Shown: positions 19,941 through 39,399, counted from the stretch's first letter. The stretch is 64,000 nucleotides of DNA from the human T2T-CHM13v2.0 reference genome, Homo sapiens (GCF_009914755.1 NC_060946.1), one strand, 5' to 3'. Made by a program: numbers and translations. The notes: generated by a model from the letters alone, not told the origin.

Positions 19941-20330
19941 CTAGAAAGGAAAACACCAAGATTATTCATTACTGATCAAGTCAATATTGCTGTATTCAGC
20001 TAATTTAGTAATATGTGTCTTGAAATTAATTGCTAAAAGGGATTAAACTGACTTAGAATCAGTTTTTTGTTTGATTACATCTACATACAAAAGTAGCTTC
20101 AAATGTCTCATTCTACTGTCCATAATTTAAGATTTTTGAGTATAATACAATTTTAAAGATACTTTGAGGCACTTTGGAAAATCAGACCAAAATCTCTTTT
20201 CCACTCACAGATTCGGCTTAATCAATCTGGAAAGCATTTGTTGAGAGCCTTATGACATCATTTAATAACCACGGTTGATTCATTAATTAAAGTACAGACA
20301 ATTGTTGACTATCCATGTGGGACTTTTCTA

Positions 20331-20412
20331 TTAGGTTGACGCAAAAATAATTGCGGTTTTTCGCCATTAAAGGTTAACAGCGAAAACTGGAATTACTTTT
20401 GCACCAGCCTAA
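20331..20412. mobile_element. MADE1 (Hsmar1-derived MITE), full length with TA target-site duplication
   Basis: TA|TTAGGTTGACGCAAAAATAATTGCGG...AATTACTTTTGCACCAGCCTAA|TA palindromic termini. Confidence 0.9.
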
Positions 20413-20660
20413 TACGATGTGGATCATCTGAGATGAATGTTGAAATCCAGTATAGCTTCTTCATATTTCTGGCCCATTTTTCCCACCAGAAAGTGCACAA
20501 AGTGAAATGAGCTTATGAAAAGCTTAATTAACTAGAAAAATGTTACTGAAAGAAAAATTACATGGTACATGACAAGGCTAAATACTAGTAACTCTAAACT
20601 TAGTGAATTTTCTAGGCAGCAGCTTTCCTCTGCTGTCTAGACTGGTAAAGAACAAACTAA

Positions 20661-20965
20661 GGCCAGGCGCAGTGGCTCATGCCTGTAATCCCAGCACTTT
20701 GGGAGGCTGAGGCGGCCAAATCACCTGAGGTCAGGAGTTCAAGACCAGCCTGATCAACATGGTGAAACCCTGTCTACACTAAAAATATAAAAATTAGCTG
20801 GGCGTGGTGGTGCACACCTGTAATCCCAGCTACTTAGGAAGCTGAAGCAGGAGAATTGCTTGAACCCAGGAGGCAGAGGTTGCAGTGAGCCAAGATCACG
20901 CCACTGTGCTCCAGCCTGGGCTACAAGAGCAAAACTCCATCTCAAAAAGGAAAAAAAAGAAAAAA
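20661..20965 (+). mobile_element. AluS, full length
   Basis: GGCCAGGCGCAGTGGCTCA...CTCAAAAAGG A-rich tail. Confidence 0.9.
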
Positions 20966-21434
20966 ACTATAATAAATATGTTAGGTCCATGTTTTCTTAA
21001 GTTTTCTACCGGATTTTTATCTTCGTATAGTGAACGAACTGTTAAGAACTTTTTTATGAGAAATATTTTAGTATGACTATATTGCATAGAGTTAGGCTGA
21101 TGGTTCAGTGTTCAGTAGGTTAGATACCCTCATTGTTTATTTCCATATTGACTGGTTCTAGCTAGAGCTGAAATTAGGCAAAGAATATCTTGAACTCATT
21201 TTGCTATACAGGAAAAAAGTGCTTCCTTAGCTCATTTGGAAAGAGATTGAGATTAGAAAAGATGGTTAATTTGTATGTATTTATAGAAATAAATAGAATA
21301 CAAAATGAGGCTTTTAAATTTTTTCCCACATGAAAATATGATACTTTAATCATTACGTTTTACATTGTTAGTTTGCAGACAGGCATAATTAGGTCCTCAG
21401 TTGCAGAAATCACAGACATCTGAAGGCCAGCCCT

Positions 21435-23253
21435 TTAATTTGGCCACCGTCTTAAGATTTCTCTGCTCCTTCCTTTGCTCCTCCTCCTACTGCACAGTTT
21501 GAACTGATGCTGTTCTATATAAGGTACTTTTCCACCTACCTCATCTCTGACTACAGTGCTATATTTTTCACACAGTAAGGACAGGTGTTGTGTTAATCTC
21601 ACCATGCCAACAATCAGGGCACCACCTAGCAGAGTCAGTGAAGGCCAAAATAAACAGTGGAAGATAGCCATTTGGTCATACTTTTTTATAAGAATGACAT
21701 CTTCAGATTGGCTGGCTGGACTGTAGAAGCATGAAAAGGGGGTTCCATTTTTGTGATCGAAGAATTCTTTTATGTCCAGAGCACTGTTGAGCAAATCATT
21801 TCTATCTTGGTGGCACTTAGGTGTGTAAAAGCACTAGGAATATGGAAGAGGGAAAAAGATAAAGGCACTGTCACCAATACCAAATACTTAACAGTTTCTA
21901 ATTATGAAATAGCTTCAGGCTGAAGTTATTAGTGGGCAGTTTCAATCTTAGAAGGTGGTAAAATATTACATAGCTCATGGGAAAGGGTTGATTGGAGGGC
22001 CACAGTGAAATGGCCATTTCCAGTCATTAAGCAAGGATGTGGAAGAGAATTCTTAGTTTATATGACATTGCAGGAGAGTCAGTGACCAATTTCATAAGGA
22101 ATATGACTCCTCCCTACATGCAGGTTCTTGGACTCTTGGACAGTATGAATCCGTTTGTCCATTGAACAAAAATGTATTGAGCCTTACTATGAGCTTTCAA
22201 CACCTAGTAATGCCTCTGTGGTCTCTGTCTTGATCTCCTGTAGCAAAATATTACCCTGAAGAAAAGCACGTTGAGGCTTTTGCTCTAGACTCACAGACAG
22301 GGAGCCCCACCTGGACTTTGGTTCCTGGGAGACAGAACCAGTGGAGAAGGGAGCTCTGTCAGCTGGTGACTTTTTTCAAAAAAGCTTGAGGTTTATTACC
22401 ATATCCATTAGGTACTTGAGGTACTGTGCTAAAGGCCTACAAACTGTTTGAAATCTTAAAAATCATTGCATCCAAAATAGAAAACAAAAGTCATCAGATT
22501 GAAATTGATGCTTAAAGACAATAAAGTGTAACATGTCAACTAATCTAACACAACTCAACTTTTATAGTTAGGTATAAATATAAATTTTAAATCATATGAA
22601 AGACTATACTTTCAGGGATCATTTCTATAATTCGTTAAATCATATGAACCCATTGTGTAACTTATTAAAATAAAAATAATCTTTACATTTATTTGATAAG
22701 AAAAAATTACTCGCTTGATTCAAGGGAGACTGTGGTACACTGTGTAGCATATGTTATATGGCGCGGAGTGGAATCTCCAAAAGAAAGACTCCCCACAAAT
22801 GACTACTCATTGGCTCAGCCTATAAATTCCAGACACCAAGTTGTGAAATTGGAATAATTTCTCTCCTTTCTATATACCCCATTTCTCCACCAAGAAGAAA
22901 GCTTCATTTATCCTGATTTGATCACTATAAAAATGTTCACTCCAAAAAAATAGATTTATCCCTAAAGACAGCCCTGGGTTATTTATGTACCCTGCTAGGG
23001 ACAGTCTGGCAGGGAAGGGTTGCTGTCATAAGAACTCTTTAAACTTTACAATACCTTGGGATTTATCTGGACAGCCTCTTCATTATAATGTAGGAGAGCT
23101 TTCTGAGCTGAATGGGTGAGGTTCACAAACACCCGAAGACACGAGTACTTCCCGTGACCACGGCAGTGCACACCACAGGTGAAGGCACAGTCCAGCCAGT
23201 CGTCCATGATATCTGTGTGGATGGCAGTGCAGGTTGATTCTTCTCTCCGAATG
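21435..23253 (-). pseudogene. KCNMB3P1: Partial unprocessed KCNMB3 copy (BK channel beta-3 subunit), last two exons: 23253-23055 and 21833-21435
   Basis: Translates to REESTCTAIHTDIMDDWLDCAFTCGVHC...EEAVQINPK | CFYTPKCHQDRNDLLNSALDIKEFFDHKNGTPFSCFYSP...LFWPSLTLLGGALIVGMV. Intact AG/GT ends; 1-nt insertion near the C-terminus; upstream exons not present in the window. Confidence 0.93.
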
Positions 23254-23340
23254 CTTCAATTTGAAAAAAAAAAAAATGTTCTTCACTTACTAGAAAATTT
23301 CGTTCTACATTTTGGTGCGGTTATGAGCTTATGTACACAA

Positions 23341-23555
<215 letters not shown>

Positions 23556-23648
23556 TAATATAACTAAAATCAATATGTATTTTGCAATCAATGGCATCTG
23601 CTATTATTTGAAAACATTTCTTTAATAGTCTGTAAAATAATGGAACAT

Positions 23649-23775
23649 GCCCAGATGCAGTGGCTTATGCCTGTAATCCCAGCACTTTGAAGGGTCAAGA
23701 TAGGAGGATCGCTTGAGCCCAGGAGCTGGAGACCAGCCTGGCCAATATAGTGACAGAATAAATAAATAAGTAAAT
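23649..23775 (+). mobile_element. Alu monomer (FLAM-like) with (TAAA)n tail
   Basis: GCCCAGATGCAGTGGCTTATGCCTGTAATCCCAGCAC...AATAAATAAATAAG. Confidence 0.75.
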
Positions 23776-24011
23776 AAAATAATGGAAAATCTCACAAATG
23801 GTGATGTTTTAGGTTCGACAAAATACATTAACTAGCCCATTTAGTTTTCTGAAATTATTTTGATGTTATTGCTTAAATATTTGTTCTGTGGTACACAACC
23901 ATAGGATTAATAATATTGATGAAAATAATAAAAGAATAATAAGCATGTATTGAGCTCTTCCTGTGTGAAGTTCTGGACAAATCCTCATAAAGCCTTAAAA
24001 GGCAGATACTA

Positions 24012-24660
<649 letters not shown>

Positions 24661-24964
24661 AAACCTATAGTAATAAAATTGAAACAGAAGGAGGTTTGCA
24701 ATCAAAATGACTGACTAGGAATGAAATAGGAAACATAATATTTTGCATCTGCATAGGGAAGTCTGAGATTGGCTGATCTTGTTCTCTTCTGTAGGGGAAA
24801 TACTAGTCCAGAACTTGGGGTGCCTGCCAAGAGGGGAGCAGCCACAGTAGGAAAGGGGGACTCTGGAATGCTAGGGTTCTGGGGTCTGTGGACACAGGAG
24901 GCAGAGGACATGTGTTAAGATGTTTTAAGAAATGAATGTTGAACTGGATATGAAAATATTTTTC

Positions 24965-25434
<470 letters not shown>

Positions 25435-25556
25435 TTACCATTGTTTTGCTAACCAGCGTCTGGTCTTTCTTATGTGGCGCTGCAATTACTAGTGTCAAAC
25501 CCTGTTGGTAATACCCAGAGGACGGTGTCTGAAGTCTTTACTCAATATTCACATTT

Positions 25557-25816
25557 GGCCGGGTGTGGTGGCTCACACCTGTAATCCCAGCACTTTCGGA
25601 AGCAGAGGCAGGCGGATCACTTGAGGTCAGGAGTTCAAGACCAGCCTGGCCAACATGGTGAAACTCCATCTCTACTAAAAATACAAAAATTAGCCGGGTA
25701 TGGTGGCGGGTGCCTGTAATCTCAGCTACTAGGGAGGCTGAGACAGGAGAATCACTTGAACCCAGGAGGTGGAGGTTACAGTGAGCCAAGATTGTGCCAC
25801 TGTACTCCAGCCTGGG
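25557..25816 (+). mobile_element. AluS lacking its 3' end and poly(A) but keeping its TSD
   Basis: ATTCACATTTG at 25547 and 25822. Confidence 0.85.
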
Positions 25817-25848
25817 GGAAAATTCACATTTGTAGAGAGTTTAAATTC

Positions 25849-26143
<295 letters not shown>

Positions 26144-27239
26144 TAAATTCTTAAGTCCTACACTCCAATGTGTGGGAAGTATTCGTGCTATGCTTTTATA
26201 ACTAAATCGTCTCAGTATTTCTATTTCTAGCCCCCTTTTTCTGCCTGATGGTAAGATACTTAATCTAGTCAATTCCAGGTAAACTTTGGCCTTTTATGAT
26301 TTTTCCTGATCAGGCCAAACCTCAACCAAGTCCCTTCTTGATCTTCTCCTTCACCTCCTTCTCTCATTCACCCGACAATTAGCCTCCAGTCCACGGGCTG
26401 ATGCAGCATCTTGGTGTCCTGTGGTCTGAGGTCATTTTCTGTCTTTCTCAAGCCTCAGCTAAAGTTTACAATCCTACCTTTTCTCATGACCTTGAAATGC
26501 CCTAAGGTTCAGGGGCTTCATGGTTGCTGCTTCATGGGGGAACCTGGCTGTTCTCTGAGGCTGCTCGGCCGCGAACACCCCATCAACTACCCGGGGCCCA
26601 TCTACGCCCGAGGCCTCAGCCATTCCTGCTCTACAGCTCTGCTGTCCCATTGGCACAGGGAACTTCTTGGGGCCCCAGGGTTCCAGATTGGAAGCAGAGA
26701 ATCTCCTCTGTTCTCAGACCCCCAAACTTTGTTGTGGATTCTAATTGTCCTTTCCCCCATCTCACTCCTTGGAACCCACTGGGAGGTGAGTAGAATCCCT
26801 GTCAGAGATTCTACCACCATCTCCCTCATTCTTACCCTAACTTTCTTCCTCTTCCTCCCTAGTTAGGAAAGAGGATCTTTAGCCTGCGGCGGGGGGGTGG
26901 GGGTGGGGATGCTTGATGTTTCAGGGGAAAAGGTGACTCAGCTACTTTTGGAATATCTGTCATACCTGTCTACTGGTGCAATGAGCTGGGATCACACCAC
27001 TACACTCCAGCCTGGGTGACAGAGCAAGATTCCATCTCAAAAATAAATAAATAAATAAATAAAGACTCTGGAGAAACAACTCAATACACATGAGAAGAGG
27101 CTGGCCCATGTAGGGAAAGGACTGGCAAACTATGACAACTCTTTTCTGTTGTTTTGTTTTCAATATTCTCTTCACAGTTCTTTTCACAGTTTGGAATTGA
27201 TACCTTTTTCTCTTCATCAGAACTCCAATGTTTTTGTAG

Positions 27240-27746
<507 letters not shown>

Positions 27747-27954
27747 TACGTATAGCCCAAATGGATGAGCAGTTCCCAAGGCTCATTCCCAGCCTCCACT
27801 ATCCAAGTCAGCCTCTCATCTCCTTCATTTCCCAGGACTTAGTTCTCATTTTCCTCCCCTGTTTTCTCCGGATTGTGGCTATTGTTCCCTGGTTGCTAGA
27901 TCAACCTGGAGCACAGTAAAGCAGTGTCACAAAGCTGGAAGGGGTCTGGGATGA

Positions 27955-28320
<366 letters not shown>

Positions 28321-28582
28321 TCATTTCTGAAATTCAACAGCTTCTGGAATTGAAGCAAACAGCTCATCTTGGAAGAGAAATATGTAGCCAACTCCAAAGC
28401 CAAAGCCTTTGAGTATTGAGACCTAGCATGCTAGGAGACCTTGATCCTGTAACCTCAGAAGAAGAATCTGGATCTGGCCAAATTGAGGTCAAATTCTGCT
28501 CAACTTCTCCATAGTCAGTAGGAGAAAAAAACCAACTTGATGTTTGAGTCATATGTTTTGACAACTAAAGAGGACACTTATG

Positions 28583-29198
<616 letters not shown>

Positions 29199-29256
29199 TT
29201 AAAGATGACATTAAAGAGGATACTTAGATTCTAGACAAAATCAAGATATAGCAAAT

Positions 29257-29578
29257 TGGGGTGGGACACACCTGTAATCTCAGCATTTGGGGAGGCCGAG
29301 GCAGGTGGATCACCTGAGGTCCAAAGTTTGAGACCACCCTGACCAACATGGCGAAACCCCGTCTCTACTAAAAATACAAAAATTAGCCAGGCATGGTGGT
29401 GGACACCTGTAGTCCCAGCTACTCAGGAGGCTGAGGCAGGAGAATCATTTGAGCCCAGGAGGCAGAGGTTGCAGTGAGCTGAGACTGCACTGCTGCACTG
29501 GTGCCTGGGCCACACCAGTCACTATGCCTGGGTGACAGAGCAAGACTCTGTCTCAAAATAAATAAATAAATAAATAAA
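29257..29578 (+). mobile_element. Alu with (TAAA)n tail
   Basis: Alu dimer with a short internal insertion near the 3' end. Confidence 0.85.
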
Positions 29579-29959
29579 ATTTTGTTTTGCTGTGTTGCGG
29601 CTAATATGCGTGCTATAAGACAATGGTTTCTTGAGTCTCATTCTCTCTGCATATGCCTAAAGCTTTTTTATTTTTATGATTCTAAAAGATTGTACCTTCT
29701 CATCTCCTAGATTCTGTCCCATAGGTTCTGATTTTTCCTAGAGTAACTTGGAAGTTAAAAAAGTGGAAAAAGCTTTGGGTATTAGGTGCCAAACCCACTC
29801 AGCTCTGCTCAAACCCCTTCTTTAATGCCCAAGGTTGTCCAATCCTAGCCCTTCCCCCTACCCTCAGCTTTCTCCTCACCTACACAGCAACCTTAGTATA
29901 GTCCTAAAGTATGTGTTCTTATCTTCTGTTATCTATGCCAAGGATGTTTGCTGGTTTTG

Positions 29960-30596
<637 letters not shown>

Positions 30597-30959
30597 TAAG
30601 TTACATTTCTGCCTGCCACCACAGCAGCTCTTTCTCCTGCTCTCTCTCTCTCTCTGTGCTTTAAGATGATAGTCCCTTCTTTTTTTTCAAATAACCACAA
30701 CGGGAAGGACTGACCACTCTTGTAAGCTGCAACTGATGTTTTCAGACTCCTAAAGTGACATCTAGACATAAGTCCATATATGTCAGAATATCATGCAGGG
30801 AATGCTCAAATAGTTGGGAAGAGATTGCTGCACTGTGTTTTGCACGCCCAAAGCCCACATAGGTACTCAGTTTAAAAATCTTAATAGAATTGAATCCTGC
30901 TCTTATCATAGGAAAGGAAGAGCATCTGATAGAAACACAAAATGAAAAGGTCAAGAACT

Positions 30960-31280
<321 letters not shown>

Positions 31281-31425
31281 CTAAGCGCATGAAAAGAAAT
31301 TTTATGTTCCTTCATGTTTTTATTTAAAGAAAGTGAATCAAGTACCAAACACGGAATAAAGGCAAACATTCATTTTTGGGGTGATTGTTCCCTTCTTGGC
31401 AATCCCTGTTTTATTGAGGGTATCA

Positions 31426-33099
31426 CTAGTTATTCAATCCAAGGATTTTTTTTGTTTCCACAGGAGGTGGGTGTTTCTTTGTCTTCTTAGAGTCAGGATT
31501 CCAGATCTCCTGATGTGTGGGACTTTTCTTGGCCACTACGATTTCATCTACAGTCACGAGCTGTAGCACCACCTCAGCCACTGCTCGAAATCCTTGGGCT
31601 TTGACTATTAGGGTGTCCCACACCCCTTCCTGGGCCACATTTATTATCCCTTCAGTTCCCACACCCATTAGGAGGTTCCCACCTTGGTGCACTCCACTCA
31701 TTTCTGCCATCACGTCTGAGACAGCTAAGCCTGCATTCTCTGCCAAAGTTTTAGGAAGATACTTCAGGGCCCAGGCAAATGCTAGGAATGCAGGCCCACT
31801 GGGCCCTTCCAATCTGCTTCCTTTATCAGAAAGCATTTTTGCCAAAGCCATTTCTGTGGCCCCAGCTCCTGGAATCAGTCTGGGATCTTGACATAGCTGG
31901 AAATAGGCATCAATGCCGTGGTAGACGGCCTGCTCTGCACTCCGCAGCCCCTGGGTGGTGGCTCCCCTGAGAACCACAGTGAGGGCAGGTGTGCCTGTAC
32001 ATTCCCATTCAAATACCACAGCCAAACCATCTCCCAGCTCCTGCCTGTAAACCCTCTGGCACTTGCCTGGCCTCTGGGGAGGGAGCAGACGAGGCAGCAG
32101 AGGTGTGTCCAACACCTCACTCAGGTAAATGATCTCCATCCGAGACCTAGCTTGAATCACCACGATGCCATACTTGTCCGCCAGTGTGAGGGTCTCCTCG
32201 TCGACCTCCCCCAACACCACTGCCACATTAATTCCTGCAGCTGCTAGCTGGCCTACTTGCTTTTCTAGTAATTGATCGCTTCCTTTACTAAATTGAGCTA
32301 GATCAGCAGGACTAGAAAGACGGGCCGTTGCTGGTGCATTTGGATGGGCAGGACCAAAGGGGCAAGCAAAGAGAGCCACCCTGGCACCACTTAACACTGT
32401 GGCCATTTGCCCACAGAGCTTCCCAGATATTGCTAACCCCGGGAGGAGGCAGGAATCCTCCAGTGTCCCCCCGGGCAGCGCGCACACCCCAACACGCTCA
32501 GGCTTGAAGCTGCCGTCTAGTTCCTTGATAGCCCAGCAGGCGTGGGCCACCAGCTTGGTCAAGTGGTCCATGGGGGACAGGGTGTGGGTATTCATCACAG
32601 AATGGAGGGCCCAGGATGGATCTTCCAAAGGCCCCAGAGATTGGATGGCCAGGGAGGGCAGTGTGGCCAGGACCTCTGCAGTGGCCGTGGCGTAGGCCTC
32701 CCGGAGCTGCGGGCGAGGCAGGCCGGCCTTCAGCAGCTGCTCTGCCTGTTCCAGCAAGGCTTCCGTCAGCAGAACCACGAAGGCTGTGCCGTCCCCACTA
32801 TTCTCTGCCTGGGTTTGTCCTGCTTCCCGGAGGAGCCATGCTGCTGGGTGCTCCAGCTCCAGGGCCCTGAGGATGGCAGTGGCACACCCCGTGCACACTG
32901 TTTCTCCTTTCATGGTCACCAGGAACTTCTGCCGGCCGTGGGGGCCATAGCAAGGCCGGATGACACTGGCCAGGGTCTGGACTGCAGCCAAGCTGCTCAG
33001 CAGGTGGGGCTCCTCCTCTTCTGGACTCCTCGGGCTCTCCCTTGGGTTCAGTGCCAGCCGCTGGGGCAGCTCCAGGGCTGAAGGGACTGTGCTGTCCAT
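31426..33099 (-). CDS. CCT8L2: Chaperonin-containing TCP1 subunit theta-like 2 (CCT8L2/CESK1), intronless retrogene, 557 aa
   Basis: Uninterrupted ORF from the ATG at 33099 ([15 protein letters not shown]...) with group II chaperonin motifs [17 protein letters not shown] and PGAGATE; AATAAA on the minus strand at 31410-31415 and 31319-31324. Confidence 0.97.
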   Translation of the reverse strand: MDSTVPSALELPQRLALNPRESPRSPEEEEPHLLSSLAAVQTLASVIRPCYGPHGRQKFLVTMKGETVCTGCATAILRALELEHPAAWLLREAGQTQAENSGDGTAFVVLLTEALLEQAEQLLKAGLPRPQLREAYATATAEVLATLPSLAIQSLGPLEDPSWALHSVMNTHTLSPMDHLTKLVAHACWAIKELDGSFKPERVGVCALPGGTLEDSCLLPGLAISGKLCGQMATVLSGARVALFACPFGPAHPNAPATARLSSPADLAQFSKGSDQLLEKQVGQLAAAGINVAVVLGEVDEETLTLADKYGIVVIQARSRMEIIYLSEVLDTPLLPRLLPPQRPGKCQRVYRQELGDGLAVVFEWECTGTPALTVVLRGATTQGLRSAEQAVYHGIDAYFQLCQDPRLIPGAGATEMALAKMLSDKGSRLEGPSGPAFLAFAWALKYLPKTLAENAGLAVSDVMAEMSGVHQGGNLLMGVGTEGIINVAQEGVWDTLIVKAQGFRAVAEVVLQLVTVDEIVVAKKSPTHQEIWNPDSKKTKKHPPPVETKKILGLNN

Positions 33100-33589
33100 G
33101 GCCCGCAGAGAGAGGAGAGGCCACCGTGGGTTGCAGAGATGCTCTAGAAACAGCAGCTGGGGCACTCCTGACACCGATCGTTGAAAGTACTCAAGAGGTC
33201 AGTGGAAGCAAGGAGCCAAATGCCCATTGATTGGTATCTGAAGACATCAGCACGGACCAGCACTCCACTGTGGGTCCAAGGATGAGCTCCAAAGAGCCCA
33301 GTCCTAAAGCCACCCCAGGGTTGATTCTGTAAAGGAACTGGGTCTTGGGGCCTCTCAACCTTGGTGGCTGAAATGGGATCTTTAACTGATGAAGTCACAA
33401 AGTGGAAAATGGAACCAGGATAGAGAATGAGGTCACAGAAGGCTGGTTAGAACTGAGGAGGCCCTACCAGCAGGCAAAAGTCAGGCCTTGTCCAGCAATG
33501 GAGGTACATGCACCTCTGCACCAGGTTTGAGACTTGTTTAAACGTAAGAGACAATGAGGAGGAGATCAAGTGAAAAACTACCCATTTCA

Positions 33590-34167
<578 letters not shown>

Positions 34168-34699
34168 CTTTTTTTTTTATTTGAGAAGGAACTGAGAGAT
34201 GATGTCTGTGTTTTGTTTTGTTTTGGTGTTACTTTCTCTTGCAGTACTGTGTAATATTAGCCATGTTTTGCTGTCTGCCTTTGCCTTTTTGGGTATCTTA
34301 TCAGTTTGTGCTTGTGTATCAGGTTTCTTAGGGTGTCTGTTGGTCTTTCAGGGTGCAGGTGTGGGAGGCTGCACAGCGTGCATGCCTGTGCCACGACTCC
34401 CAACTCTGCCTCCCTGGCAGAGGCAGGGCAAGACAAGTGGGGAAGGATGCTGACAGCTCACAGACAAATAGAAGTGAACCCAGAGGGGTGAAAAGCAACC
34501 AGCCTCCCAGCGGTCAGGGAGGTAGAAGCCTAAATGGGGTCCTGAGATTTAAATGCGAATCGCCTTCCCATCCTAACCTTCAATGCTTACAATTTAAGTC
34601 TCTTTTTTTCATTCTCTCTCCTTTCCTCACTTGTCTCCTCTTTCCTCCTATAGAGCCTACTCGGGTAATGATGCTTCTGCTTTAGTTTAACACATATTT

Positions 34700-34855
34700 A
34701 GTCTGGGCGTGGTGGCTCATGCATGTAATCCCTGCACGTTGGGAGGCTGAGGCGGGAGGATTGCTTAAGCTCAGGAGGTTGAGGCTTCAGTGAGCCATGA
34801 TTGCACCACTGCATTCCAGCTAGGGCAACAGAGTGAGACTTGTCTCAAAAAAAAT
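34700..34855 (+). mobile_element. Alu monomer (FRAM/FAM-like)
   Basis: GTCTGGGCGTGGTGGCTCATG...GTCTCAAAAAAAA. Confidence 0.75.
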
Positions 34856-35047
34856 AGGGGAAAGGTCATTTGGAATCCTAGTCCAGAGATAACCATTGTT
34901 TACAACTTGATGAACATTACTACTTTGCACATATTATATGCATACATAATTATAGATTTACACCATTTTACATAAGATTATGATACATATATGCTATTCT
35001 GTGATCATTTCCCCATCAACATTATCTTGGCTCAGAGAAATGTTTCT

Positions 35048-35384
35048 TTTTTTGTTTGGACATGGAGTTTCGGAGTTTCGCTCTTGTCGCCCAGGCTGGA
35101 GTACAATGGCGCAATCTCGGCTCACCCTCGGCTCACCGCAGCCTCTGCCTCCCGGGTTCAAGCAATTCTCTTGCCTCAGCCTCCTGAGTAGCTGGGACTG
35201 AGTAGCCATGTGCCACCATGCCCGGCTAATTTTGTGTTTTTAGTAGAGACAGGGTTTCTCCATGTTAGTCAGGCTGGTCTCAAACTCCTGACCTCAGGGG
35301 ATCCACCCACCTCGGCCTCCCAAAAGTGCTGGGATTACAGGCGTGTGCCACTGTGCCTGGTCTGTGAGCCACTGTGCCCGGCCT
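35048..35384 (-). mobile_element. Alu with several internal micro-duplications
   Basis: Flanked by GAGAAATGTTTCT at 35035 and 35385. Confidence 0.9.
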
Positions 35385-35397
35385 GAGAAATGTTTCT

Positions 35398-36102
35398 TTT
35401 TTTCTTTCTTTTTTTTTTTTTTAAGCAGAAACACATTCATTTATTAACCAAAGGGATGATCCTAATGAATCCAACACACTTTGAAATAGCTGCATGTAAA
35501 ATGTTTGTGATAAAGATAATTGAACACAGTAATGAAAAAAAAAAAAGAAAGAAAGAAACGGTATGGAGATTTGCTCATTGAACTGAGCTTGGTCATTCTC
35601 TTAGTTAACTCCTGTCCAAAGTGATGATGGAATCTTTATTGTACTTTTTCATAGATCCGAGTACAGGCGACATGGTTCATGACACAGTCCACCACTAATT
35701 TCCCATCTTTCAATGTTCTTGTTATTGTGCTTTCCTTCCCATCCCACTCCTGATGCTGAACCAATGCACCATCTGTAAAGTTGCACACAGTCTGAGTTTT
35801 TCTGCCATCAGCTGTGGTTTCTTCAAACTTCTCTCCCAGGGTACAAGAAAACTGTGTTGTTTTCAAAGTGCTCTCAGTTTTTATGGTGAGGTTTTTGCCA
35901 TCACAAGTGATGATACAATCTGGCTTGGCCATTGCACCCATTTTTTGCAAAGCTATTTCCTCCTAGCTCCTTCATGTATTCATCAAAGCCTTCGCTGTCC
36001 ACCAGGCGCCATCTTCCTTCCAGCTGCTGAACTGTGGCCATGGTGGGTGCAGGGGGGCTGGCGTGCAGAGCAGGGTCTGCGTCGGCGTGGCAGCGTGCTG
36101 TC
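35398..36102 (-). pseudogene. FABP5P11: FABP5 processed pseudogene (5'UTR, frameshifted CDS 36041-35636, 3'UTR and poly(A))
   Basis: MATVQQLEGRWRLVDS...2-nt deletion...KMGAMAKPDCIITCDGKNLTIKTESTLKTTQFSC; no introns; poly(T) 35398-35422; TSD GAGAAATGTTTCT. The symbol is recalled from the locus. Confidence 0.93.
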
Positions 36103-36399
36103 GAGAAATGTTTCTAAGGAGATCTTATTTGGTCTGAGAACCATGAATGATTATTTTGAGCACTTTTGATTCTGGAGACTCCATTTGGATCAGGCATGGT
36201 CCTCCAAATTCAGGCTTCTGAAAGCCTGTACCTCAGAGTAGGCTTGATGTTCCATAAAAGATGTGGTTATGAGTGCAAAGATGACTTGCCTGTATTGTTA
36301 TACAAATGTAAAATGTAACAATCAACAAAAATGTAGCAAAGTATGCATGTATACATTTTCTCTAAAGATACAGTTTCTTTTTTGAAAAAATAAACACAT

Positions 36400-36942
<543 letters not shown>

Positions 36943-37380
36943 TCATATTCATTTCAGTTACCCTACAACTGTTCACTGAGCTGCTGTTGAATAGGGGAAA
37001 TAAGGCAGATAACTACTGCCATCTCCGCTGGAGGGACGATACAGACATTAATCTGGGCACTTTGATTACAGGCAATGAGAGCTGTGAGTGGGGAAAGCAC
37101 AAGGTTGGCAGAAGCATTTAGGGGGACACAGCCATTCTCACGGAGGGCAGAGGTCTAAAGCAAGAGCTGAATAAAAAGTAGGAACTGGCCTCGTGGAAAG
37201 GGGAAGGGTGATGGGACAGCCTGGTGGTTTGTAGCCCACTGGAAGGAGTTCTGAAAACTGGTGGTCAGGTGAGAAGGAAAGCTGGGGAAGAGATGAGCAC
37301 GTTCGCCAGAGGGTAGCAGGGGCTCTCCGGACCTAGTGAGTCAAGCCAAGGAATTAAGGCTTCAGCCTGCAGGGTGATGA

Positions 37381-39399
<2,019 letters not shown>

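Noticed and set aside
33100-33174. 582-aa version of CCT8L2
   Set aside because: It starts at a GTG; the first ATG (33099, GCCATGG context) gives the 557-aa protein
35636-35950. 104-aa FABP5-like ORF as a functional gene
   Set aside because: It is the part downstream of a frameshift in a poly(A)- and TSD-bounded retrocopy and lacks the N-terminal strand and helix
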